NCBI GenBank assembly: GCA_027491435.1
Contig: JAOZFG010000004.1
Coordinates: forward strand, 128,001-192,000
Source: Thermoproteota archaeon
Lineage (GTDB): Archaea; Korarchaeota; Korarchaeia; Korarchaeales; Korarchaeaceae
Length of the DNA stretch: 64,000 nt
Direction of reading: 5' to 3'
Position numbers and translations under genes: made by a program. Shown here one piece after another: positions 46,664-56,179 of the stretch. The notes under the pieces were generated by a model. It was given only the letters and a program-made list of their open reading frames with translations. It did no database searches and was not told the origin of the DNA. The first letter of the stretch is position 1. Each line of letters starts with the position of its first letter.

Positions 46664-47662
46664 TTATTCCTCTGAACCCAGCAATGTGGCGTAGGGGTCT
46701 GTTATCTCATTAGGGGGCTCGAAGACCTCGCCTCCCTTTAGCAGGTATCTGCCCTCCCTCACAATCTCGCCTATCACTGAGGCGTTGTACCCGTGGTACC
46801 TGAGGTTCTCAATTATGAACCTAATCGGCCTATGCCTGCTAACTATGACGATTAAGAGCCCTGAGCTGGAGGAAGCTAGGGGGTCAAACCTGTACTCCCT
46901 AGACAGGAGCTCGAGCTCCCGGGGGTACTCCACCCTGTCCACCCACACCCTGTAACCCAGACCGGTGGCACCCCTTATGTCCTCTAAGACCCTTAAAAGC
47001 CCGCCTTCAGCCCCGTCTTTTACGAATGACGGATCTACCATTGAGTAAACCAAGAAAGCCTTGTCTATAGCCGTTAGCATCCATCTAGCCCTCATCCACG
47101 GGGATGGGTCCACGCCCAACTTCTCTAGCATATCCGGCTTGAAGTTAGCGACCCCGTATAGGAGCTCGGCCCCCACGTATCCTACTTGTAGGATCAGGTC
47201 CCCCACCCTGACGTCCTCCGGGGACACGTAGTGTCTAGTCTTGCCCACCAGTGTGACGACTACCACGGGCTCCTTAATCGATTCATACCTGCCGGTGTGA
47301 CCCGTCACGACAGATGTGTTGTAGAGGAAGGACTGCTCGTGCAGGCCTCTAGCTATGGAGAGGGCCACCTCGTCCCCGGCCTCGGGAGGCAAGAGTATGG
47401 TGCTGGTCAGAAGGTAAGGGACTGCGCCAGACGAGGCGATGTCGGAGGCGGGGAAGTGAAAGGCGAAGAAACCCAGATCCCTGACTGGAACCCCAAGAGA
47501 GGGATCGCAGGCGTAAACCCTGTACTCCTTTCCCTCCTTAACGACGCCAACGTCCGTGTAAGGATTAGGAGGCACCAAGACCTCATCCCTAGGGTACCCG
47601 CTGTACTCAACTATGCCCTCAAGTAGCTTCCTGTCAGCCTTCCCCAGCTTAGGCATCGGCAA
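46664..47662 (-). CDS. AIR synthase-related (PurM/HypE-like) protein
   Basis: KLGK, DVGVV, DP, SDIASSGA.P, TGHTG, GDLI, KDGAEGGL, DPL.SSSGLL, IGEI. Confidence 0.8.
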   Translation of the reverse strand: MPMPKLGKADRKLLEGIVEYSGYPRDEVLVPPNPYTDVGVVKEGKEYRVYACDPSLGVPVRDLGFFAFHFPASDIASSGAVPYLLTSTILLPPEAGDEVALSIARGLHEQSFLYNTSVVTGHTGRYESIKEPVVVVTLVGKTRHYVSPEDVRVGDLILQVGYVGAELLYGVANFKPDMLEKLGVDPSPWMRARWMLTAIDKAFLVYSMVDPSFVKDGAEGGLLRVLEDIRGATGLGYRVWVDRVEYPRELELLSREYRFDPLASSSSGLLIVIVSRHRPIRFIIENLRYHGYNASVIGEIVREGRYLLKGGEVFEPPNEITDPYATLLGSEE

Positions 47663-48206
47663 CTACCTTTAGGCACAAATCCACATAAGCTTTATACCTA
47701 AGCGGGGGAAGTATTGCCACTCCCGGAGATACAGAGGACATCGGCGAGAATATTGCCAGTTTGGAAGTCTCCAGCTCAGCTTCAACGAATTCAACGATCC
47801 AATCGCCACTCTTCAACTCCTCCATAATCCTTCTTATGGCTCTCTCAACTGAAGCGCTGTCCAACAAAATCCTAACCTTCATGCCCAAGGGCGTGATCGA
47901 GACGGACTGCACAAAGTCCCCCCTACTGGCAGCGATTTCCTCAACCTTTCCTAGCCTGTCCTCACTGATCTCCAGTACAGCTTCTATGGCCCCTATGTAG
48001 TGCTCCGACTCGACGAACTCCACTATCCTGCCATATCTCTCATAAGACTTCCTGGCATCATTCAGCAGGGTTTTCATCCTGCTCTCGACGTAATGAGGGT
48101 CGATTACGACGGTTATTCTAGCAGCCTGAAAGTTGACGTCTACCTCTATTATCTCATCCCTCTCAGCGAGGGATTTAGCGACCTCCGCAATTTTCAACGG
48201 GTTCAT
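47649..48206 (-). CDS. Hypothetical protein
   Basis: Coupled ORF in operon. Weak similarity to the upstream 48203-48802 protein. Confidence 0.65.
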   Translation of the reverse strand: MNPLKIAEVAKSLAERDEIIEVDVNFQAARITVVIDPHYVESRMKTLLNDARKSYERYGRIVEFVESEHYIGAIEAVLEISEDRLGKVEEIAASRGDFVQSVSITPLGMKVRILLDSASVERAIRRIMEELKSGDWIVEFVEAELETSKLAIFSPMSSVSPGVAILPPLRYKAYVDLCLKVVADA

Positions 48207-48802
48207 TCCTCCTCTACCTCCTCATGGTGATGCACGTGAACGGGGGTGCACTCCTCTTTAGTGGACAGGAAGAGGGATATCTCAAGGTGATCGCCATGAA
48301 GCTCGTAGCCTATAATAGAGAATGACTTGACTGTATCGGGGAGCATTGATACGATCTCGTAACAAGCCTTTATAGTTAGCCCACTAAGGGACCCTTTAGG
48401 GTAAATTAGCGACCCAACCTTATCTCCCTTGATCTCAAGGCTTCCCATAACGTGTCCTAGCTCCCCTATTTTCCTGAGGAAAGTGTCCAGCTTATCTCTA
48501 GGGAATTCCACATAAGCCCAAGCGTCCAACTGCTCTTCACTGACACCTCGCTCCTTAACCTCTCCTATTCCCTTGAACGCCTCATCTAAGCCAGCTATCA
48601 CATTTTCAAGGTCCTCTGACTTCTCTGTAAGGCTGAGCTTTTTCCTCAAAGTCATGATGTAAAGGCCTTCCTCCTCTGGGTCCTTGGTCAGCTCAACACT
48701 TTCAAATGAGAACTTGGTCTTAATATCATTCATCGACTTGATCAACACGGATGTGGCGCCCACAAGAGGGAGGTCCCTAATGTTACATATAAAACCAACC
48801 AA
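48203..48802 (-). CDS. Hypothetical protein with His/Glu-rich C-terminus
   Basis: Ends CTPVHVHHHEEVEEE. ATGA overlap with the next gene. Confidence 0.65.
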   Translation of the reverse strand: MVGFICNIRDLPLVGATSVLIKSMNDIKTKFSFESVELTKDPEEEGLYIMTLRKKLSLTEKSEDLENVIAGLDEAFKGIGEVKERGVSEEQLDAWAYVEFPRDKLDTFLRKIGELGHVMGSLEIKGDKVGSLIYPKGSLSGLTIKACYEIVSMLPDTVKSFSIIGYELHGDHLEISLFLSTKEECTPVHVHHHEEVEEE

Positions 48803-48976
48803 CGTGTTTCAATCAAAGTCAAATAGACATCATGCGAGCTCTTATTACTTATCTTTTTGAGTTTATGGATGAGTGGTTTATTAATTTGGGTAGCTGAAGC
48901 GCCGTCGAGAGCTATTGTTTGACTATAGGGACTTCAGAGATTATTTAATAAGCTGTTCTCACCATTCAAACTGGAA

Positions 48977-49489
48977 ATGAGCCCAAACATAGATAGTTAC
49001 ATGAAGTTGATGTTTGCCAAAGATAGGCAGATAATGCAAATTTCAGCAGATAAAGGCGAAGATGTCCTGGAGAAGCTAAACGAACTGAGGGGCAGGAAAC
49101 TATTCGTTTTAATTAGCAGGGCTAATGCAACCCTTCTGGGCTATGTTCTGGACCTCAGGGAGGAGTACCTAGCTAAAAAGGTGAGAGTAAGGAAGAAGAA
49201 GCAAATGATAGACTTAGTTAAGTTCTTAATCAATAGAATATCCATAGAGGCCTCTGAACTGTCCCCTAAGTACGTGATAATTTACAGGACAAATGACCTA
49301 GTTCCTAGGGTTAAGAGGATACCTTTTATTATGGTAGAAAGGATGATGTGGGGGATCTTAATCTCTGGGCTCAGGTTCACTCCTTTTAGGTACATTCTAG
49401 TCACGGAGGAGGGAAGCCCACCCTCTAGGGACCTTTACTGGTACGTGGATGCTTACCTCAGGACTAAACCCCTTGAAGTCGTTCTCTAA
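48977..49489 (+). CDS. Hypothetical protein
   Basis: 170-aa ORF with host codon usage and a TATA-like element upstream. No recognised motif. Confidence 0.6.
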   Translation: MSPNIDSYMKLMFAKDRQIMQISADKGEDVLEKLNELRGRKLFVLISRANATLLGYVLDLREEYLAKKVRVRKKKQMIDLVKFLINRISIEASELSPKYVIIYRTNDLVPRVKRIPFIMVERMMWGILISGLRFTPFRYILVTEEGSPPSRDLYWYVDAYLRTKPLEVVL

Positions 49490-50077
49490 TCAATTCCTCT
49501 CCCAGGCCACATAAACTACTAGGCCCAGAACTACAGCTAGGGCTAGAGGGTCCAAATACATGGAGATGACCTCCCAGTTATCCCTCAACACCATGCCGGA
49601 GTAAACCAGGGCGAGGTTCCAGGGTACGGAGCCGAGTACCGTTAGCAAGGTGAACTTGATCAAGTCCATCCTAGACAAGCCAGCTGGTAGCGAGATTACG
49701 GTCCTTACAGCGGGTAGCACTCTGCCAAAGAACACGGCCAGCTCCCCTTGTTCATCAAATAACTTCCTCGCCTTTCTCAGGGACTTTCCGAAGAGGAAAC
49801 TGAGCTTCCTCTCTACAGGATCCCAACCGATTTTAGCGCCTATTAGGTATATCGCAAGTGAACCTATCAGGTTTCCTAGGACGCCGCTAGTCACAGCGAG
49901 CCAGAAGTCCATCTTGCCTTCATACACCAGGAATCCGGCGAAAGGCATGATGACCTCACTGGGTATTGGAATGAGAGCGCTCTCCAAGGCCATCAAAGTA
50001 ACGACTAGCGGGTAAGAACCTCGCTCCACCAGCTCTACTATGAGCTCTACCACAGGCTCTACTAAAGACACACTCAC
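49490..50077 (-). CDS. DedA family membrane protein
   Basis: LESALIPIPSEVIMPFAG, GRVLPAVRTVISLPAG. Confidence 0.92.
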   Translation of the reverse strand: MSVSLVEPVVELIVELVERGSYPLVVTLMALESALIPIPSEVIMPFAGFLVYEGKMDFWLAVTSGVLGNLIGSLAIYLIGAKIGWDPVERKLSFLFGKSLRKARKLFDEQGELAVFFGRVLPAVRTVISLPAGLSRMDLIKFTLLTVLGSVPWNLALVYSGMVLRDNWEVISMYLDPLALAVVLGLVVYVAWERN

Positions 50078-50103
50078 TACTGTTATAAGAACATAAAAGC
50101 CTA

Positions 50104-50871
50104 TTGGATATGCTCTATCACCTGGGAATTGATAGAGGAGATCTGCCCCCTAGGGTTCTCTTGCCAGGTTCTAGGCCTAGAGTGGGGAGGATCAAGGAAG
50201 TGATTAGAGGGGAAGTGATTTCAGATGGTAGGCAACTAGTTGTAGTGGGAGAATATGAGGGAAAGGAGGTGGCAGCGGTAGATACGGGAATGGGGCCCTC
50301 GTCAGCCAGCATAGTAGTTAGAGAAGTTATAGAAGCTATTGGCGGCAAGGGCGTGCTTATAAGGCCTGGAACCTGCGGAAGCTTACAACCTCACGTAAAA
50401 GTAGGGGACCTTGTGGTATCGTCGAGCGTAGTTGCAGATGACGAAGTGTCCAAGATGATAGTGGGCCCAAACTACCCGTTATGCGCATCCAGGGAGGTTG
50501 TAGACGCCTTAGTGAGGTCATCCAGTGACTTGGGATATGTGCTGGGAAAGAACTTGCACTTAGGGGTGACCCACACTAAGCCTTCCCTGTACGAGTTTGA
50601 GGTGCCCGATCTCTCAGCTGACCCTGAACGAATGATGGAGCGCTTAAGGTCACTAGAATCTCTGGGAGTCTTGGCTACAGAGATGGAGTGCTCTATTTTG
50701 CTTGCACTCTCAACGAGGTATAACTCGCTAGGAGGTAAGCTCCTGTCCGGTTGCGTACTGCTGGTGGTGTCTGGATATTCTCGGGATCATAGGAAGATAC
50801 CCTTTGAGCCGGTAAGCGATATCGACCTGATAAGGGCGTCTCTATCTGCAATTACCTCGCTTGACATATAA
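50104..50871 (+). CDS. Nucleoside phosphorylase (uridine phosphorylase-like, PNP/UDP family)
   Basis: YHLGI, LLPG..RV, TGMGPSS, IRPGTCGSLQ, EME. Confidence 0.85.
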   Translation: MDMLYHLGIDRGDLPPRVLLPGSRPRVGRIKEVIRGEVISDGRQLVVVGEYEGKEVAAVDTGMGPSSASIVVREVIEAIGGKGVLIRPGTCGSLQPHVKVGDLVVSSSVVADDEVSKMIVGPNYPLCASREVVDALVRSSSDLGYVLGKNLHLGVTHTKPSLYEFEVPDLSADPERMMERLRSLESLGVLATEMECSILLALSTRYNSLGGKLLSGCVLLVVSGYSRDHRKIPFEPVSDIDLIRASLSAITSLDI

Positions 50872-51078
50872 GCTACTTATTTTAGAGAAAATATACCTGC
50901 TGGCCTGTTACTTGGGCTGCACAAGCCGTTAGGCCCTTTTTCAAGCCCGTAATTTTATTCTATGACTACATATTATTAATTATAATAACACCAAATAAGA
51001 GGTTGAAAATAGGAATATTAATAGATTATTAGTCTAATTTATTTATTAAATAAGGCGATACCATGATCTAGGTAACTT

Positions 51079-51095
51079 ATAAATCGGTATTTTAT
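51079..51095. promoter_or_regulatory. Imperfect palindrome ATAAATC-GGT-ATTTTAT upstream of pilin gene
   Basis: Resembles the 34009-34025 site upstream of the paralogous pilin. Confidence 0.25.
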
Positions 51096-51238
51096 GAAGT
51101 ATTTATAGGTCAAATATCCATCGTATACTATACTATGAAAAGTAGCAGTCTAATAATCAAATTTCACATATACTCTTCATAATCTGGAAAAAAGATTATA
51201 TATAAGTTGGAGCAGGTAACTATAAGGAGGTGAAATCT

Positions 51239-51703
51239 ATGAAGGCCGGAATCTCCAGGGTAGTTGTGGAGGTCATAATCCTAGTGATAGCTGTAGCCCT
51301 AGCGTTGCTGATCTTCTCGCCCATAGGCAGCTACATATTCGGTTCGCTTGGAAGGACCTCTGCCGTTGGTGGAAGCACCACCATAAGCGTGCTTAATGCC
51401 AACATAGACAGTAGCGGGAACCTTAACCTTTACGTGAAGAACATGGGACCCAACTCCATAGACGGAACCACTGCTACTAGCGCTGCGAGCTGGCAGATAT
51501 TCGTTGACAACAACGCCTGCACCATCGGTGGGACCATAAGCCTTAACGACGGCAACAGCAACGGCCTCTGGGACAAGGATGAGACCTTAACCATCCCGAG
51601 CATAACTTGTAGTGGTTACACGCTCTCCTCCACTGGCTCCTACACAATAGTAATCTACGGTCCTGAGGGTACTCAGACTGAGTACCTGTACAGGGGTGGC
51701 TAA
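51239..51703 (+). CDS. Archaeal type IV pilin / ArlG-like protein
   Basis: Class III signal MKAG/ISRVVVEVIILVIAVALA, YVKNMG, W.IFVD. Strong SD GGAGGTGA, TATA ttatata upstream, T-tract after the stop. Confidence 0.8.
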   Translation: MKAGISRVVVEVIILVIAVALALLIFSPIGSYIFGSLGRTSAVGGSTTISVLNANIDSSGNLNLYVKNMGPNSIDGTTATSAASWQIFVDNNACTIGGTISLNDGNSNGLWDKDETLTIPSITCSGYTLSSTGSYTIVIYGPEGTQTEYLYRGG

Positions 51704-51736
51704 AACTCACCCCTCTCAATTTTTACGGGTTTCCTC

Positions 51737-53062
51737 ATGGATAGTTTCATCTGTTATGTAGTTCCTCTATTTTCTCCTTCAATCATTTTATTTACAGGCC
51801 TACTAATATCTGGGAGATTGGAAGAAGCCCCTCTGACGGGTCTCCTAATATACGTTCCTTTTCTCCTATTTATCAGACAGCCTTTTAATGCTTATGTGGG
51901 TCTACTATTCCTTCCCATAGCGGCTTATGCTCTCCTTAAAAATAGATCTAGATATAAACTAGAATTAGATTACTTACAAATAATTTCTATAATTCTCCTT
52001 ATATATCTAATGCTTTTTAAGCCAATAGTGGCGTCTTGGACTAACCCAGACGACCGCATTCACTATCATGAGATTAAATCTTTTTATAAGGATCCGATAT
52101 CTATGACGTTATATCTCAGATACACTCCTCTATTCTACATATTCGGGGCCGTGATCAGGTCGTTAACTCCCTCACCTCTATGGATGATATCGCTAAGGTT
52201 ACTCTTAGTGATAATAATTTTTATAAATTTTGGGCTATTACGCGATTTATCCTTAAAGACGGGAGCCGATTGGAGGATAACTTCGGCATCTTACCTAGTT
52301 ATAGGGGCTCCCTTTATAGCCTTATTTTCGACGGGCACGTATCCCAACGTGATGATGGACTACCTAGTCCTCCTATCCTTTAAGAAGCTCTTGGAGGGTG
52401 AGAAAAGGTCAGCCTACTTGATTGCCCTTCTCCTACCTGCCCTTCACATAACTTCCCTACTTTACTTGTACTTCCTCCTGATGACCTCGATCAATTCCAG
52501 CGAGAGCAGGATGGCTAAGTACTTGATACCGCCAACCGTCACATCTCTAGCGTTCTTGGTTCTGTACCTGAAGATGCCTGACTACATCAGCCTGTACTTG
52601 GCTAACGGCTTTAGCCCAGAGAACTTATTACATTTTCCCGTGATGTACATACATAGCTTAAAGGCAATAGGGATTGTCGCTTTACTGTCTATCTTATCAA
52701 GAGATCTTAGGAAAAACCCTATAATTATTCTAATGGTTCTGAACATGGCTGTCGCCTACCTGTTCTCGCTCTCCATGCTCGGGGTAGCCTGGCGGATCCT
52801 GCAGGCCTACTCATACCTTTACGGGTGGTCCTTCTCTCTTCTTAAAAATAAGTTGGGAATAAAGTCATATGTGGCAACCGTAGTAATAGCTCTCTCGATA
52901 AGTTCTATATTTTTTGCATCAATGGACGCGTATCAGTATAAATTTATTGACATAATCTGCTCTCACAACTGTATGGCTATGGTCTACGAAAGGCTGTACC
53001 ATAACTTCATTGAGGTGGTGGGATGTGCTGGAGAGCTTATCTCCGGGGTCCCTGGTAGGTAG
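51737..53062 (+). CDS. Polytopic membrane protein, putative GT-C glycosyltransferase
   Basis: About 11 TM segments. Loop motif NPDDRIHY...YTPLFY and YPN are typical of GT-C (PMT/ArnT-like) enzymes. AT-richer than the neighbours. Confidence 0.5.
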   Translation: MDSFICYVVPLFSPSIILFTGLLISGRLEEAPLTGLLIYVPFLLFIRQPFNAYVGLLFLPIAAYALLKNRSRYKLELDYLQIISIILLIYLMLFKPIVASWTNPDDRIHYHEIKSFYKDPISMTLYLRYTPLFYIFGAVIRSLTPSPLWMISLRLLLVIIIFINFGLLRDLSLKTGADWRITSASYLVIGAPFIALFSTGTYPNVMMDYLVLLSFKKLLEGEKRSAYLIALLLPALHITSLLYLYFLLMTSINSSESRMAKYLIPPTVTSLAFLVLYLKMPDYISLYLANGFSPENLLHFPVMYIHSLKAIGIVALLSILSRDLRKNPIIILMVLNMAVAYLFSLSMLGVAWRILQAYSYLYGWSFSLLKNKLGIKSYVATVVIALSISSIFFASMDAYQYKFIDIICSHNCMAMVYERLYHNFIEVVGCAGELISGVPGR

Positions 53063-54218
53063 ATTCCCACATTTTAGAGGCTAACCCTCCAGTATATTTC
53101 ACTTTGTCCACTACTTTTTCGGCGTCTTTCCTCTTCCTTTTGTGCTCATCCAAGAATTTAATGACCTTCTCTGTCAAGTACGCCTTACATTCCCCACAGA
53201 GTATCTCTCCCCTCTTACAGGCCCAGTACCTCTCCTCTAACTTCTTATCGTCGGGCTCGAAGAATATCTCCAACCACTTGAATACCACGCATTTCTCAGG
53301 CTCTCCTCCCTTCTCCCTCTGCTCTTTGGCTGTAGCCCTTCCCCCTGTGAAGGCGAATTTCCATATCTTCCTTTTCACATCTTCTGGGCTATCCGTCAAG
53401 TATATAGCTGTTTCAGGCTTGCTAGCACTCATCTTCCCGGATATTCCCGTGAGAGGGGGGAAGAACTTAGAGTGTATAGCGGCAGTCTTGTAGTAGCCTA
53501 GGCTCTCGGCGTAATCCCTTTGAATCCTCCAGTAGGGATCCTGATCTATTGCCGCAGGTATCAAGCACCTCCTCCTTTCGAAGAAAGTAGGGGCCGCCTG
53601 AATCGCTGGAAAGAATATCATCCCTATCTTGCTCTGTTCGTTGAACCCGAAGACAGCTCTAGCCGTGGAAAAAGTGACCTTCTTAGCTATGGGAAGGGCC
53701 ATCTCATATATTTTAGTGAATTCGCTGTCCTGGAAGATGAACGTCTTGTCCGGGTTAAAGCCTACGGCGACTATGTCCAGGATGTTGTCAAGGGCCCACT
53801 TCCTAGTATCCTCTAAAGTGAGCTCCGGCTTAAAGAAGAATTTCTCATCGTCAGTTATCTGTATGTAAAGGTTGACGTCGAATTTCTCTTGAAGCCACTT
53901 AGTCATGTAAAACGGTATTATGTGTCCAATGTGCATCGGGCCAGATGGTCCCCTCCCAGTGTACAGGAAGAATCCCCTTCCCTCTTCGTAGTCTTTCAAC
54001 ACCAGATCGTAATCCCTATGGGAGAAGAAGAACTTCCTCCTGAGAAATATGGGTAACTCCGACTTGGTAAGCTCCTGCGTCTTTTTAAGTAGGTCATCGG
54101 TTAAGGGTTGAGTTCCAAACCTCTCTATTAGCTTCCTGTAGTCGACTACGCCTTCCACTTCCCAAGGAGTTACAATGAAATCTTCCAGTGAGGTCACCCC
54201 CTCACCAAAATACGTCAC
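53037..54218 (-). CDS. trpS: Tryptophan--tRNA ligase (archaeal type)
   Basis: VTPWEV, YTGRGPSGPMHIGH, TDDEKF, AIDQDPY, KMSAS. Probable start CTG at 54188. Confidence 0.96.
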   Translation of the reverse strand: MTYFGEGVTSLEDFIVTPWEVEGVVDYRKLIERFGTQPLTDDLLKKTQELTKSELPIFLRRKFFFSHRDYDLVLKDYEEGRGFFLYTGRGPSGPMHIGHIIPFYMTKWLQEKFDVNLYIQITDDEKFFFKPELTLEDTRKWALDNILDIVAVGFNPDKTFIFQDSEFTKIYEMALPIAKKVTFSTARAVFGFNEQSKIGMIFFPAIQAAPTFFERRRCLIPAAIDQDPYWRIQRDYAESLGYYKTAAIHSKFFPPLTGISGKMSASKPETAIYLTDSPEDVKRKIWKFAFTGGRATAKEQREKGGEPEKCVVFKWLEIFFEPDDKKLEERYWACKRGEILCGECKAYLTEKVIKFLDEHKRKRKDAEKVVDKVKYTGGLASKMWESTYQGPRR

Positions 54219-54259
54219 CCGAGGGCATATGCCTGCTCCCCGGGGACTACAAAATAAAG

Positions 54260-54859
54260 TTAATTGGACCCTAACTCCTCGGAGAGAACTTCGCTGACTT
54301 CCTCATAAACCTTGCTGGCTGAAAGCTTTATGCTCTTATCCAAAAGCTCTCCGCTTATTCCGGCAGTTTTCTCTATACTCAAGGCCACTGCCATTGAATA
54401 GGCCTCTGAGATTATACCAACACTCCAGAGGACTCCTTTCTCTAATGACAATATCAAATCAGGCTTTCCCCTTTCAACTAGAATATTTGTGATTTTTATT
54501 AGAATAACCCCTATAAGTGCTAAGAACTGTCTCATAGAGACCCCAAACTTACAATGAGCTAGCCCTACTTTGGAGATTTTAAGAGCATGCCTGTAACCAA
54601 AGCCCTCAGAGAAGAGATTCCTAATACACAATTCAAGCAAATTTTCAGCCGCCTCTCTAGTAAGCCCAACGGCCTTCACTATTTCAAAGGATTCTTTGTC
54701 AGCCAATAAGATATCTACGGCCTCTTTTACAACTTCCTTTAAGCCATCATCACCAAGAACTTTATACACTTCCCTAATATTCTTTATATCCTCTTCAGAA
54801 ATTCTCAGAAACTCTCTTAAATTGGAATGTATCTCTTCAAGTCTGCTTATGAACTCCAA
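54260..54859 (-). CDS. Stand-alone protoglobin / globin-sensor domain protein
   Basis: FLRISEED start, KVGLAH proximal-His motif followed by GV, all-helical pattern. Confidence 0.65.
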   Translation of the reverse strand: MEFISRLEEIHSNLREFLRISEEDIKNIREVYKVLGDDGLKEVVKEAVDILLADKESFEIVKAVGLTREAAENLLELCIRNLFSEGFGYRHALKISKVGLAHCKFGVSMRQFLALIGVILIKITNILVERGKPDLILSLEKGVLWSVGIISEAYSMAVALSIEKTAGISGELLDKSIKLSASKVYEEVSEVLSEELGSN

Positions 54860-54951
54860 AATCTCACCGAAGAGACGACGGTAACTGTTCTAAATAAAAA
54901 TATGCTATACAAGTTTTCTTTACTCGTAATAATGACATGGGTCAACTGTGG

Positions 54952-55551
54952 TTATGACAGGTCTATGGAGTATTGCTCCTTCTCTCTAAATGGCAACGAT
55001 ATGGGGAGCCTTCCCATGATCCTGCTCATCAGTTGAGCGAGCTCATTGTAATTCTCCTGGCTAAGCATGAGGTAGCAGACCCCCCCAAATTACTGGTATT
55101 TTCTTAGCCCCTTATAAGTGACTTTTCGAAACTCAAGAGCTCTTACTGCTAGAATGGAGAGGGACTTGGAAGTCATACCCTAAGTTATAATTTTTATGAG
55201 GTCAATATAATCTCTAAAGGTTGATCCCAATAACAGCAGCTGAAGTTATACCCCTGCCAGATCCGCAGGAACAGGAGTAATTTCCTTACATCTCAACTGG
55301 AGCACATCAGGTAGACTTCATATATCACGTCCCACGACTTGAGGAGGGTCATTACGTGATGAAATGCATATCTATTACCTCTAATTAAAACATTAACCCT
55401 GTCTAGCAACACGATGCTCCCTTCTAAAGACATGAATGGACCTGCTTGGAGGGTTATGGAGCTGCTTTACCTCCGGCAGGTCTGGTAACCTGACGGGCTT
55501 CCCTTCCAGGAGATCCCTCAGCACTTTGCTGAGCTCCAGGTATATTTTCTA
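54952..55551 (-). pseudogene. Decayed coding remnant continuing the 55552-56037 gene
   Basis: After TGA-TAG the frame continues KIYLELSKVLRDLLEGKPVRLPDLPEV. Further stop-interrupted protein-like fragments follow (LLKSWDVIYEVYL; YLMLSQENYNELAQLMSRIMGRLP). Confidence 0.4.
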
Positions 55552-56037
55552 TCAGTATGGTGGCACAATAACCACGATCTTATTTGCCAAAAACCTCCTC
55601 AGGTCGTCCAAGCCCTTTAGGATGAACGTGTCGACTACCTCGTAAGTTTCTACCCTGGTGTTGCCAGCTATTATCACCACCGGGACCTTACCTATCCTCC
55701 TAAAGAAGTAGTATCCATTGTACGGCTTCTCCAAGAACTCCTTCTCCCTATCGGTGAGCATCTTCCCAACTATCTTGCCAATTCCCTCCGGAGCCTTATG
55801 TCCCCCCAACACCACAACTATCTTGGCCCAGCTGAACGATTCGTCGTAGTGCTCTGGCGACCTTACTTCAGCGTCAATCCCCATACCCATCAACGCTTTC
55901 TGTAACTTGGTGGCGGCAGGCCTATCAATGCTGTTAGATATGATGGCCACAGGCCCACTTAAATCAGCAGCTGTAATCGCTACAGGAGTTAATAGGATTG
56001 CCATAACGAGCACAAGGGAAAGCTTGGACCAGCTCAT
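55552..56037 (-). CDS. Secreted protein with cell-wall-binding-2 / S-layer-associated domain
   Basis: Signal peptide, SNSID..AA, VVLGG.KAPEGIG, IIAG.TR.ET. Confidence 0.65.
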   Translation of the reverse strand: MSWSKLSLVLVMAILLTPVAITAADLSGPVAIISNSIDRPAATKLQKALMGMGIDAEVRSPEHYDESFSWAKIVVVLGGHKAPEGIGKIVGKMLTDREKEFLEKPYNGYYFFRRIGKVPVVIIAGNTRVETYEVVDTFILKGLDDLRRFLANKIVVIVPPY

Positions 56038-56120
56038 CACTATCAGGGCCGGGGACGGCATAATAAGGTTTCCATGTTCAAAATCAAACTATTTTTATTT
56101 GTACGTCGTATCGTCAACTT

Positions 56121-56179
56121 GGCCTATGATGAGAATTCCTTCGCCGGCATCAATGACGACCGACGGGCGGCCTGAGGCC
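56121..56179 (+). ncRNA. C/D box sRNA, D guide complementary to 16S rRNA around C1402
   Basis: Terminal stem GGCCT/AGGCC, C box ATGATGA (56126), D'-like CCGG, C' ATGACGA (56153), guide CGACGGGCGG, D box CTGA (56172). TATA-like tttttattt about 25 nt upstream. Confidence 0.85.

Noticed and set aside
55549-55554. TGA-TAG as Sec/Pyl recoding
   Set aside because: No SECIS or pyl genes are visible, and downstream DNA has further stops and frameshifts consistent with decay.
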